Below are positions 1 through 11,300 of a stretch of 64,000 nt of DNA, piece after piece. The notes beneath the pieces are model-generated. The model made no database searches and was not told the DNA's origin. It was given only the letters and a program-made list of their open reading frames with translations. Source of the stretch: Macrostomum lignano (lineage: Eukaryota); assembly GCA_002269645.1 (NCBI GenBank), contig NIVC01000255.1, positions 684,395 through 748,394 of the forward strand, given 5' to 3'. Within the stretch, counting starts at the first letter, position 1. Every line of letters begins with the position of its first letter. A program made the position numbers and the translations under genes.

Positions 1-39
1 ACTAGAGGCCGTTATCCTTCTGAGTCTCTCAAAACTCAC

Positions 40-3000
40 CAGAACGGCATTCTCGCCGCCTCCAACGCTCCGCTTCACCAGATCTGCAAAGGAGACCTCC
101 AGTTCAACATTCGCGGAGTGTTCTCCGACACGAACGTACTGCGCCCGTTGGTCAGGTTAGCTAGACGGGCCATTCTCTCGTCAGCGTATCTGCTGATGCT
201 GATGGTGTCAAATACAATGCTGGTCTTAGCAGCCTGTTCGATAGCAACAGTCAAGTTCGGGCCTGTGTTGTGCTCGCCGTCCGTGATCAGAACTACGAAA
301 CCAGTCTGCGACTTGGTGTACGGAGCGGTGGCACCGAGGATCTGCGTTTTGATGCGGAGTAGGTCGGGTGCGACTCTTCTGGTCAGTGTTGTCCTCAGGC
401 ACTTCACGACATTCGCACTGCTGCAGTCCACAGGACTCCCTGCACTCCCTGCACTCCCTGCACTCCCTACATTCCCTACACCCTGCACTCCCTACACTCC
501 CTGTACTCCCTACACTCCCTGCACTCCCTACACTCCCTGAACTCCCTACACTCCCTGTACTCCCTACACTCCCTGCACTCCCTGCACTCCCTACATTCCT
601 TACACTCCCTACACTCCCTGTACTCCCTGCACTCCCTACATTCCCTACACTCCCTGCACTCCCTACACTCCCTACACTCCCTACACTCCCTGCACTCCCT
701 GCACTCCCTGTACTCCCTGCACTCCCTGCACTCCCTGCACTCTTTTCAATACTTGCATTCCCTACATTCTAAACTACCAAAACTTGTACATTGTGGGAAT
801 CCAGCATCATTTGACCCAATTTGAACCATAGAGAACTTATCCCGACAAAAAATTTTGGTCTTACAGACATCGCCTCGTAGATGGCTCCAGAAATATTTGT
901 CGATCCTCCCGCCGCCAAGCTTTGAATTTTCTTGGCCAGCTGCTCTCTCACTGAGTCATCCGAGACCTTCAGCAGCGTTTGCAGTTCCCGAGCTGTTGCG
1001 CTGAAGCTCACAATTGAAAGTCGGGCACCGGTTTCCAAGAAGTATTTCACATAGATGGTTGCCGAGCGAATCTCGTTCTTTATTCGATCCTGAAATGGGA
1101 CAGAAATGAAGCTTTGTTGCATTGCATTGTTTTGCAGAATTTTACCAAATGCTGGTCATTGCAGAATGGTGTCATTACAAATGCTGGTCATTGGAGATGG
1201 TTCATGTCAATTTGGGTCATGGGAGATGGGTCATTCGCATTTTGTGTCATTCGCATTTTGTGTCATTCGCATTTTGTGTCATTCGCAATTTGGGTCATTC
1301 GCAATGTGTGTCATAGGATATTGGTCATTTACAATGTGGGTCATGAAAGATGAGTCATTGGCAATATGGGTCATGGGAGATGGATCATTGGCAATATGGG
1401 TCATAAGAGATGGGTCATTGGCAATATGGGTCATGGGAGATGGGTCATTGGCAATATGGGTCATGGGAGATGGGTTATTCGCAGTGTGGACCATTTTAAA
1501 AAATCGGTCACTATAGTCATGATGAGTCATATGGGTCATATGGATTCTCAAGGTCACATAGCAGCCAAGGTAAATGTCGGTTATACTTGTACTTTGCCGA
1601 AGCAAGCTCACCATATGATTCATGCTGCCAGACACGTCCAGCACCAGCACGACATCCCTGAATGCGCTCTTTTCCACAAGTAGCACCGTTGGCTGGGTTT
1701 CTTGCACCGATGCACCAGGTGTGGTTGGCAGAAAATGCGGATGCTTTCGAAGTACTTCACCAGCTGACAGACCGCCGCAGGCTCTGTTGAATGGATTCGG
1801 CACTTGGCTGCTGTGGTGAACTCTCGTGTCGTTGTTGAACGACTTGCTGTCGCAGAACAGACTGACCGGCTGGCTCAGTATGCTGCCCCAATTGTTTCCC
1901 GTTGGGCTGGGTTTCGTGGTGAACTCGCAGATCTCCTGCATTTTAGCCAGCGAAAAGTTCTCAAAGCGTACCAGCTCGCTGAGACAGATGCTGCTGCTGT
2001 CTGCACCGCTGGAGATGCTGTTGCGCAACCTGTACTGCCCTGGCGTGTTCGAGCTGCAGACGGAGGGCTGGAAAGTGCCGCTACCATCCTGATAGAACTG
2101 CACTCCGCTGACCGACTCTGACAGCAGGCCCCACAGGTAGATGGACAGCTCGCGGAGAAAACTATTGGCAGTTGCTGGAATTAAATCAATAGATGAATCA
2201 AGGAAAGTAAACAGCATTGCTTTCTCTGCTTTTGAGAAAGGGACGGGGGTTGGAGACAGGGACAGACAGGGAGAGGTTGGAGACAGGGACAGACAGACAG
2301 GGAGAGGTTGGAGACAGGGACAGACAGACAGGGAGAGGTTGGAGACACGGACAGACAGACAGGGACAGGTTGGAGACATGGACAGACAGTCAGGGAGAGG
2401 TTGGAGACATGGGCAGACAGACAGGGAGAGGTTGGAGACATGGACAGACAGACGGGAGAGGTTGGAGACATGGACAGACAGACAGGGACAGGTTGGAGAC
2501 AAGGATAGACAGACAGGGACAGGTTGGAGACGGGGACAGACAGACAGGGAGAGGTTGGAGACAGGGACAGACAGACAGGGACAGGTTGGAGACAAGGATA
2601 GACAGACAGGGACAGGTTGGAGACAGGGACAGACAGACAGGGAGAGGTCAGAGACAGGGACGGACAGACAGGGAGAGGTCGGGGACAGGGACAGACAGAC
2701 AGGGGGAGGTTGGAGACAGGGACAGGGAGACAGGGAGAGGTCGGGGACACGGACAGGCATGTCGGGGACAGGGACAGACAGACAGGCAGAGAGAGGTTGG
2801 AGACGGGGACAGACAGTCAGACAGACAGACAGGGACAGGTTGGAGACAGGGATAGACAGACAGGGAGAGGTTGGAGACAGGGACAGACAGACAGGGAGAG
2901 GTTGGAGACAGGGACAGACAGACAGGGAGAGGTTGGAGACATGGACAGACAGACAGGGAGAGGTTGGAGACATGGGCAGACAGTCAGGGAGAGGTTGGAG

Positions 3001-5922
3001 ACATGGGCAGACAGTCAGGGAGAGGTTGGAGACATGGGCAGACAGACAGGGAGAGGTTGGAGACATGGGCAGACAGACAGGGAGAGGTTGGAGACAGGGA
3101 CAGACAGTCAGGGAGAGGTTGGAGACATGGACAGACAGTCAGGGAGAGGTTGGAGACAGGGACAGACAGACAGGGAGAGGTTGGAGACAGGGACAGACAG
3201 GGAGAGGTCGGGGACAGGGACAGACAGACAGGGAGAGGTTGGAGACAGTGACAGAAAGGGAGAGGTTAGAGACAGGGACAGACAGACAGGGAGAGGTTGG
3301 AGACATGGGCAGACATACAGGGAGAGGTTGGAGACAGGGACAGACAGGGAGAGGTTGGAGACAGGGACAGACAGACAGGGAGAGGTTGGAGACAGGGACA
3401 GACAGGGAGAGGTTAGAGACAGGGACAGACAGACAGGGAGAGGTTGGAGACAGGGACAGACAGTCAGGGAGAGGTTGGAGACGGGGACAGACAGACAGGG
3501 AGAGGTTGGAGACGGGGACAGACAGACAGGGAGAGGTTGGAGACATGGGCAGACAGTCAGGGAGAGGTTGGAGACATGGGCAGACAGACAGGGAGAGGTT
3601 GGAGACGGGGACAGACAGTCAGGGAGAGGTTGGAGACATGGACAGACAGTCAGGGAGAGGTTGGAGACAGGGACAGACAGACAGGGAGAGGTTGGAGACA
3701 GGGACAGACAGGGAGAGGTTGGAGACAGGGCCAGACAGACAGGGAGAGGTTGGAGACAGGGACAGACAGGGAGAGGTTGGAGACAGGGACAGACAGACAG
3801 GGAGAGGTTGGAGACAGGGACAGACAGACAGGGGGAGGTTGGAGACATGGGCAGACATACAGGGAGAGGTTGGAGACAGGGACAGACAGGGAGAGGTTGG
3901 AGACAGGGACAGACAGACAGGGAGAGGTTGGAGACAGGGACAGACAGGGAGAGGTTAGAGACAGGGACAGACAGACAGGGAGAGGTTGGAGACAGGGACA
4001 GACAGTCAGGGAGAGGTTGGAGACGGGGACAGACAGACAGGGAGAGGTTGGAGACAGGGACAGACAGACAGGGGGAGGTTGGAGACAGGGACAGGGAGAC
4101 AGGGAGAGGTTGGGGACACGGACAGGCATGTCGGGGACAGGGACAGACAGACAGGCAGAGAGAGGTTGGAGACGGGGACAGACAGACAGGGAGAGGTTGG
4201 AGACATGGGCAGACAGTCAGGGAGAGGTTGGAGACATGGGCAGACAGACAGGGAGAGGTTGGAGACGGGGACAGACAGACAGGGAGAGGTTGGAGACAGG
4301 GACAGACAGACAGGGACAGGTTGGAGACAAGGATAGACAGACAGGGACAGGTTGGAGACAGGGACAGACAGACAGGGAGAGGTCAGAGACAGGGACGGAC
4401 AGACAGGGAGAGGTCGGGGACAGGGACAGACAGACAGGGGGAGGTTGGAGACAGGGACAGACAGACAGGGGGAGGTTGGAGACAGGGACAGGGAGACAGG
4501 GAGAGGTTGGGGACACGGACAGGCATGTCGGGGACAGGGACAGACAGACAGGCAGAGAGAGGTTGGAGACGGGGACAGACAGTCAGACAGACAGACAGGG
4601 ACAGGTTGGAGACAGTCAGACAGACAGACAGGGACAGGTAGGAGACGGGGACAGACAGTCAGACAGACAGACAGGGACAGGTTGGAGACGGGGACAGACA
4701 GTCAGACAGACAGACAGGGACAGGTTGGAGACGGGGACAGACAGTCAGACAGACAAACAGGGACAGGTTGGAGACGGGGACAGACAGTCAGACAGACAGG
4801 GACAGGTTGGAGACGGGGACAGACAGTCAGACAGACAGGGACAGGTTGGAGAGGGCTCAGGCCCAGTTCGCCTACCCTTCAGCTCTCATATGGAAGCGAG
4901 ACGCGAACTTGTCACTCACCGTTCCTCCGAACCGTGTATTCGGGCATTTTAATCCATTTGTTTGGCCCGTAGCACTCATCGGCCGGGATGGTCTTCACTT
5001 TTCCACCAGGATTCTCCAGCACGACATCGGCGGAGACCTCGGATTCCCAGGTGGCGGGCATGGACGGGAAGACGCCAGCATTCTTTAGCTCAGCGATTTT
5101 ACTTGGCGGAACCAGCAGGCGGACAGTATTAATGGAAATGCGCCGCCCAACAGCCTCGGTTGCTCGGGCCATCTGGTGCGAAACATAGGCTAGATAGCCC
5201 TGCGGATGGAAGGGGTGAGGTTGGAGGTGAGATGGGGTAAGAGTGGAGGTGACTTGGGGTGAGAGTGGAGGTGAGATGGGGTGAGAGTGGAGGTGAGATG
5301 GGGTGAGAGTGGAGGTGAGATTGGGTGAGAGTGGAGGAGAGATTGGGTGAGAGTGTAGGAGAGATGGGATGAGAGTGGAGGAGAGATGGGGTGATAGTGG
5401 ATGTGAGATTAGGTGAGAATGGAGGTGAGATTGGGTGAGAGTGGAGGAGAGATGGGGTGAGAGTGGATGTGAGATTAGGTGAGAGTGGAGGTGAGATTGG
5501 GTGAGAGTGAAGTAGAGATGGGGTGAGAGTAGAGAAGAGATGGGGTGAGAGTGGAGGAGAGATGGGGTGAGAGTGGAGGTGAGATTGGGTGAGAGTAGAG
5601 AAGAGATGGGGTGAGAGTGCAGGAGAGATGCGGTGAGAGTGGAGGTGAGATGGGGACCGGGGTGAGAGTGGAGGTGAGATGGGATGAGAGTCTGTATGTG
5701 GCAGTTACCATAGAAAATACGATAACAAATATTTTTTATTCTGAAAATAGCCTGACTCACTTTAAGCGCCTTCATGTTATCAACCGAGGCAAAGTTTTCG
5801 TTCTGAACTAAAATCAGAATGTTATCAAGCCTGTAATCGGTATTGAGTCGAATATTTGTGGCTGAACAGTGAGAGAACAGCCCCAGAATCAGGAGCCAGC
5901 TGACAACGTTAATTGCAGCCAT
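40..5922 (-). CDS. CLCA: CLCA-like (calcium-activated chloride channel regulator family) secreted protein with VWA domain; 5 exons visible, 3' part beyond window start
   Basis: Exons (minus): 5922-5761, 5199-4920, 2174-1612, 1089-865, 341-40, all with GT/AG borders and compatible phases (0,1,0,0). Signal peptide MAAINVVSWLLILGLFSHCSA. CLCA N-domain matches: INTVRLLVP, SADVVLE, ECYGPNKWIKMPEY, WGLLSE, CSSNTPG, PNPFNRAC. VWA MIDAS motifs VVLVLDVSGSM, IVSFS, GGSTNI, LITDGE. One base appears missing near 119; the shifted frame SANVELEVSFADLVKRSVGGGENAVL ends exactly at a GTGAGT donor at 39. The exon-5 acceptor is less certain. Confidence 0.85.
435..741. repeat. 9-bp minisatellite (ACTCCCTRC)n, CLCA intron 4
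   Basis: Direct tandem periodicity. Confidence 0.95.
1150..1545. repeat. Degenerate GGGTCAT-based minisatellite, CLCA intron 3
   Basis: Repeated GTCATTCGCATTTTGT and GGGTCATGGGAGATGGGTCATTGGCAATAT units. Confidence 0.85.
2248..4850. repeat. ~31-bp minisatellite (GGGAGAGGTTGGAGACAGGGACAGACAGACA)n, CLCA intron 2
   Basis: Direct tandem periodicity; source of many spurious long ORFs. Confidence 0.97.
5212..5690. repeat. ~22-bp minisatellite (GTGAGAGTGGAGGTGAGATGGG)n, CLCA intron 1
   Basis: Direct tandem periodicity. Confidence 0.92.
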
Positions 5923-6463
5923 GAAAACACGGGCCCTGCAGTGAATTAGGGTTCTCAAATTTGCCAAGCCAGGCTCCTATAGATCCAATGTGTTTAGGTT
6001 AAGTAGATGAATAATTTTTCTGGCATCAAGGATAGCTATAAAATAAATCTAAATATAGTAGCGCAGGGTGAGTCATATTGCTGCCTTGTAAAAAGGGACT
6101 TCAGTGTGCCCCATTACGATTCAGGATTTTAATTAATATTAGCGATATTCAAAATATATACTTTATTATACTCGTAAGTGCAGAAGCACTTGTACAGAAA
6201 ACGGGCCAAACTGAATGCATACGAGTATTGTCTATTCAACTCAGGACAAAAAGACAGCGAGTAAGGGGCTGCGGAGTTGAGCTTGGCTGAGAGTCTGTCA
6301 GACACAAGGATGCCAGATGCAGTGTGATAGCGGGTAGCCCAGACAGTTTTATAGAAATATGCAGTGCGGTGGGGGGGGGGGGGCTTGGCGTGGCTGGCAG
6401 GCAGATCTTGCAACCGAAATATAAGTTCATTTTTAGCTAATAAACGTAAGGACGGGAGACGGT

Positions 6464-6464
<1 letters not shown>

Positions 6465-6550
<86 letters not shown>

Positions 6551-7285
6551 GAGAGGGAGAGAAGGGAGAGGGAGAGAAGGGAGAGGAAGAGAAGGGAGAG
6601 GGAAGAGGTGAGAGGGAGAGAAGGGAGAGGGAGAGAAGGGAGAGGGAGAGAAGGGAGAGGGAGAGAAGGGAGAGGGAGAGAAGGGAGAGGGAGAGAAGGG
6701 AGAGGGAGAGAAGGGAGAGGGAGAGAAGGGAGAGGGAGAGAAGGGAGAGGGAGGAGGTGAGAGGGAGAGACTGGAGAGGAGAGAAGGGAGAGGGAGGAGG
6801 TGAGAGGGAGAGAAGGGAGAGGGAAGAGGTGAGAGGGAGAGAAGTGAGAGGGAGAGAAGGGAGAGGAGAGAAGGGAGAGGGAGGAGGTGAGAGGGAGAGA
6901 CTGGAGAGGAGAGAAGGGAGAGGGAGGAGGTGAGAGGGAGAGAAGGGAGAGGGAGAGAAGGGAGAGGGAGGAGGTGAGAGGGAGAGACTGGAGAGGAGAG
7001 AAGGGAGAGGGAGGAGGTGAGAGGGAGAGAAGGGAGAGCGAGAGAAGGGAGAGGGAGGAGGTGAGAGGGAGAGAAGGGAGAGCGAGAGAAGGGAGAGGGA
7101 GGAGGTGAGAGGGAGAGACTGGAGAGGAGAGAAGAGAGAGGGAGGAGGTGATAGGGAGAGAAGGGAGAGGGAGAGACGGGAGAGGAGAGAAGGGAGAGGG
7201 AGGAGGTGAGAGGGAGAGAAGGGAGAGGGAGAGACGGGAGAGGAGAGAAGGGAGAGGGAGGAGGTGAGAGGGAGAGAAGGGAGAG
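6465..7285. repeat. (GA)n microsatellite followed by GA-rich minisatellite
   Basis: Pure (GA)n to ~6546, then GGGAGAGAAGGGAGA-type units. Confidence 0.95.
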
Positions 7286-7704
7286 TTGTTACGGCAGAAG
7301 CGAGAATTCTTAACTAATGGCAACTGGCAGCATATTTAGCTTCAGCCATAAAGGACATTGCGGTCTGCCATTGGTGAACCTACGAGTACTATCAGACAGG
7401 CACAGATAAGTCAAGAAAACAGACGGGTTCAACCCCGAAAAAAATTAGACCGGAAGCCATAGCCAATTAGGAAGACTTTAAGCTGCGTACCCGTTGCTAA
7501 ATCCCTTGGCCCGTAGTGCGAAATTGCGCACGAAAGATCATAAAATGTATCTTAAACCGAAAGGCTGTAAAGAAGCTATAAGTGAAGTGAACCGCCCAAA
7601 TGTTTTTATGGCGCTGGGCCAATGTGATATACCAATCAATATGATCAGCTCAGTTGATGAAAAATGTCGATTTGAAAATTTGCTAATTTCACTGACATTA
7701 CCGT

Positions 7705-8015
7705 CAAGGTCACTGATTTCAGCCTCAAGGTCAGTGATTTGAGGGTCAAGGGGACTGATTTTTGGGTCAATATCACTCATTTGAGGGTAAATGTCACTGA
7801 TTTGAGGGTCAATGTCAACTGATTTGAGGGTCAATATCACTGATTTGAGGGTAAATGTCACTGATTTGAGGGTAAATATCACTGATTTGAGGGTCAATGT
7901 CAACTGATTTGAGGGTCAATGTCGCTGATTTGAGGGTCAAGGTCACTTCTTTCAGCCCCAAGGTCACTGATTTAAGTGTTAAGGTCACAGATTTCAGCCT
8001 CAAGGTCACTGATGA
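7705..8015. repeat. ~21-bp minisatellite (CACTGATTTGAGGGTCAATGT)n
   Basis: Direct tandem periodicity with diverged edges. Confidence 0.9.
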
Positions 8016-8309
8016 GAGACTTATGTCAGTGACTTGAGCGCTGCTTTGATCACTGTCTGAACAGACTGAATTAAATTAAATTCACACTCAGACAAGAACT
8101 CTTTTGCCTCTTTGCTAGCTGAAAATTCTTACGAAGTTTCTGCACCGTGGCAACCAATGGCAGTGAACTTAGCTGCTCCATCTGTTCCCAGCTTCCTTCG
8201 AGAGCATAAGATCACTTCCCCCCACCCATGGTAACCGCAGCTGAAGCAGAGAGGCTGAAAATCTTCAAGTTTTTTATCAACAGAAAATTGAGTTGAACAG
8301 CAGTTCAGA

Positions 8310-11300
8310 ATGGCTCTTCAAGCACTCGACAACTTCTTGTTGAAGAAAAGCCTGCTTTTAATCTTTGCTGCTTCTTCAAGTCTGCTTCTGGTTTCTGGCA
8401 CTGTAGCTACTCAAGTCTCAGGTAGGGTTGAGTGAGCTTGATTTGATTAACTTTCTTAGTTGTTTTGTTGGGGCACTGGAGAGCCAAAAGTTAGTTAAAG
8501 TGAAGGTAATTTGATTCGGTGTTACGTGTACTTCGTGGGAAAACTCTTTTTTAGGATGTCACAGCAATGACATTTTGAGCAGTTTCCTAGGGACTAAATT
8601 GACCACTTTTAATTTTGAATAGTTTCTAATTGCGTTTTGAAAGATTTTTTAACATCAGAAAGTCTCACAAACTACAGAAACTCCCACAAACTAAACAGAA
8701 ACTCTCACAAACTAAAAAGAAACTCTCACAAACTAAACAGAAACTCTCACAAACTAAACAGAAACTCTCACAAACTAAACAGAAACTCTCACAAACTAAA
8801 CAGAAACTCTCACAAACTAAACAGAAAATCTCACAAACTAAACAGAAACTCTCACAAACTAGACAGAAACTCTCATAAACTAGACAGAAACTCTCATAAA
8901 CTAGACAGAAACTCTCACAAACTAAACAGAAACACTCACAAACTAAACAGAAACTCCCACAAACTAGACAGAAACTCCCACAAACTAGACAGAAACTCTC
9001 ACAAACTACACAGAAACTCTCACAAACTAAACAGAAACTCTCACAAACTAAACAGAAACTCTCACAAACTACAAAAAACTCTCACAACCTAAACAGAAAC
9101 TCTCACAAACTACAAAAACTCTCACAAACTACAAAAACTCTCACAAACTACAGAAACTCTCACAAACTACAAAAACTCTCACAAACTACAAAAACTCTCA
9201 CAAACTACAGAAACTCTCACATGCTACAAAAACTCTCACAAACTACAAAAACTCTCACAAACTACAGAAACTCTCACAAACTACAAAAACTCTCACAAAC
9301 TACAGAAACTCTCACAAACTACAAAAACTCTCACAACCTAAACAGAAACTCTCACAAACTACAAAAACTCTCACAAACTACAAAAAACTCTCACAACCTA
9401 AACAGAAACTCTCACAAACTACAAAAACTCTCACAAACTACAAAAACTCTCACAAACTACAGAAACTCTCACAAACTACAAAAACTCTCACAAACTACAA
9501 AAACTCTCACAAACTACAGAAACTCTCACATGCTACAAAAACTCTCACAAACTACAAAAACTCTCACAAACTACAGAAACTCTCACAAACTACAAAAACT
9601 CTCACAAACTACAGAAACTCTCACAAACTACAAAAACTCTCACAACCTAAACAGAAACTCTCACAAACTACAAAAACTCTCACAAACTACAGAAACTATC
9701 ACAAGCTACAAAAACTCTCACAAACTACAAAAACTCTCACAAACTACAGAAACTCTCACAAACTACAAAAACTCTCACAAACTACAGAAACTCTCACAAG
9801 CTACAAAAACTCTCACAAACTACAAAAACTCTCACAAACTACAGAAACTCTCACAAACTACAAAAACTACTACTGAGCAGTGGAGCTCAGAGCCTGCAAA
9901 CTGTAACCCAACTAGCAAAACCTGTTAAGCCGTAAAACTCAGGAAAGTTTTAAATAATCCTTCACCAGGGTTTGATGCATTTTCAACTCAACAGCATCAA
10001 TTTATCATCGAATCTGAGCAGGAGTTTCCTAGAAAGCTCCCTTAATCCGTCTCAGTGTGCATTGAGCTGGAGCTTGGATCATGAGGATTAACTGAAAACT
10101 CTACGATTCGAAGAAAAACTTCTCAAAGATTCCCAACTAGAAAAATTCAACAAATACCTCAACAGTCTGCTGTCAGTAGTAAAAAAAGAATAATAACGAC
10201 GATTTTATTACTCGTAGTTAATTGTAAAAAATCGAAATAAAGAATTTCTCTGACAGCGAAAATTAATTATAATGCTGCTGAATTAAAGCAGAAAAACACC
10301 TGCATAAAAAAGTGTTTTTTGTCAAAAAAGAAAAACATATTTTGATGCTCGCGTGCACCCAGTAGGCAGCAAGCAGATGATCAGGAGAGGCCTAAAAGCT
10401 CACCACAGTCTGAATAACGAAGTTATCCCAGTCAATATAGATCAGAGGTAGAGCAAAGGGCCGCTGAGGCGTGTTACAAAGCGAGGCGACGTGGCGTTTT
10501 GAGTTTTTGCTTCGAGCTGCTCCACAAATTCGACCAGGCAAGGCGGGAGGAAGACTGAGAATAGAGAGACAAGCTGCGAGCTGAGTCTCTCTCTTCCCCA
10601 TGGTCTGTTGACAAATAAACTGACGAATTGCGAGTGGCGAATCTCTACTAAAAAGGCCATACCGTCGCTTGTGGATTCCCTTAGCTACACGCCTCTCGAA
10701 CAAGGGACATCACAGACATGCACGGCAGACCAACTGGACTCTTGACTCTTTGTTCCATCATAGTCTTTGTAGCCAGCAGATGCAGCGAATGCTCTGCGTT
10801 CAATCAGTCCACTTGGACTGACGAACAAAGACTTCTGCATCGAATATTGTCCTCGTACGATCCGGCATCCAGGCCGACAATTCATGCTGGCAAAACTGTT
10901 GAAGTTCGATTCCAGATAGCCATGGTGCAGATCTCTCAGCTGGTGAGTTTGGTTTATCCTCCCTGATTCCCCATCTATCACCACCCCAGCAGGAGCGCTC
11001 GAACCCAGGCCTGGTCGGGTTAAACCGGACGAACAGAGACTGATGGAGGCGATGATGCAGCGTTACGACGCCTCCGTTCGTCCGGTGATCAACGCGTCCG
11101 ATCAGGTCACGGTGACGTTCGGCTTCGCACTGATCCTCATCACGGATATGGTTTGCCATACCTGCAGTCATTTATCAAGATTTTTATACCTTAATTATCT
11201 AACTTGAAAGCAACTGAAAGCTTCTGAATAATATTATCCATTATTGTTTTCTTTCTGTTTCAGGACGAGGTCAACCAGGTTCTAACGACAAACGTTTGGC

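Noticed and set aside
1279-4972. Very long ORFs (500-670 aa) on both strands
   Set aside because: They are translations of the 31-bp intronic minisatellite, open in several frames at once. Only the 2174-1612 part is real CLCA exon.
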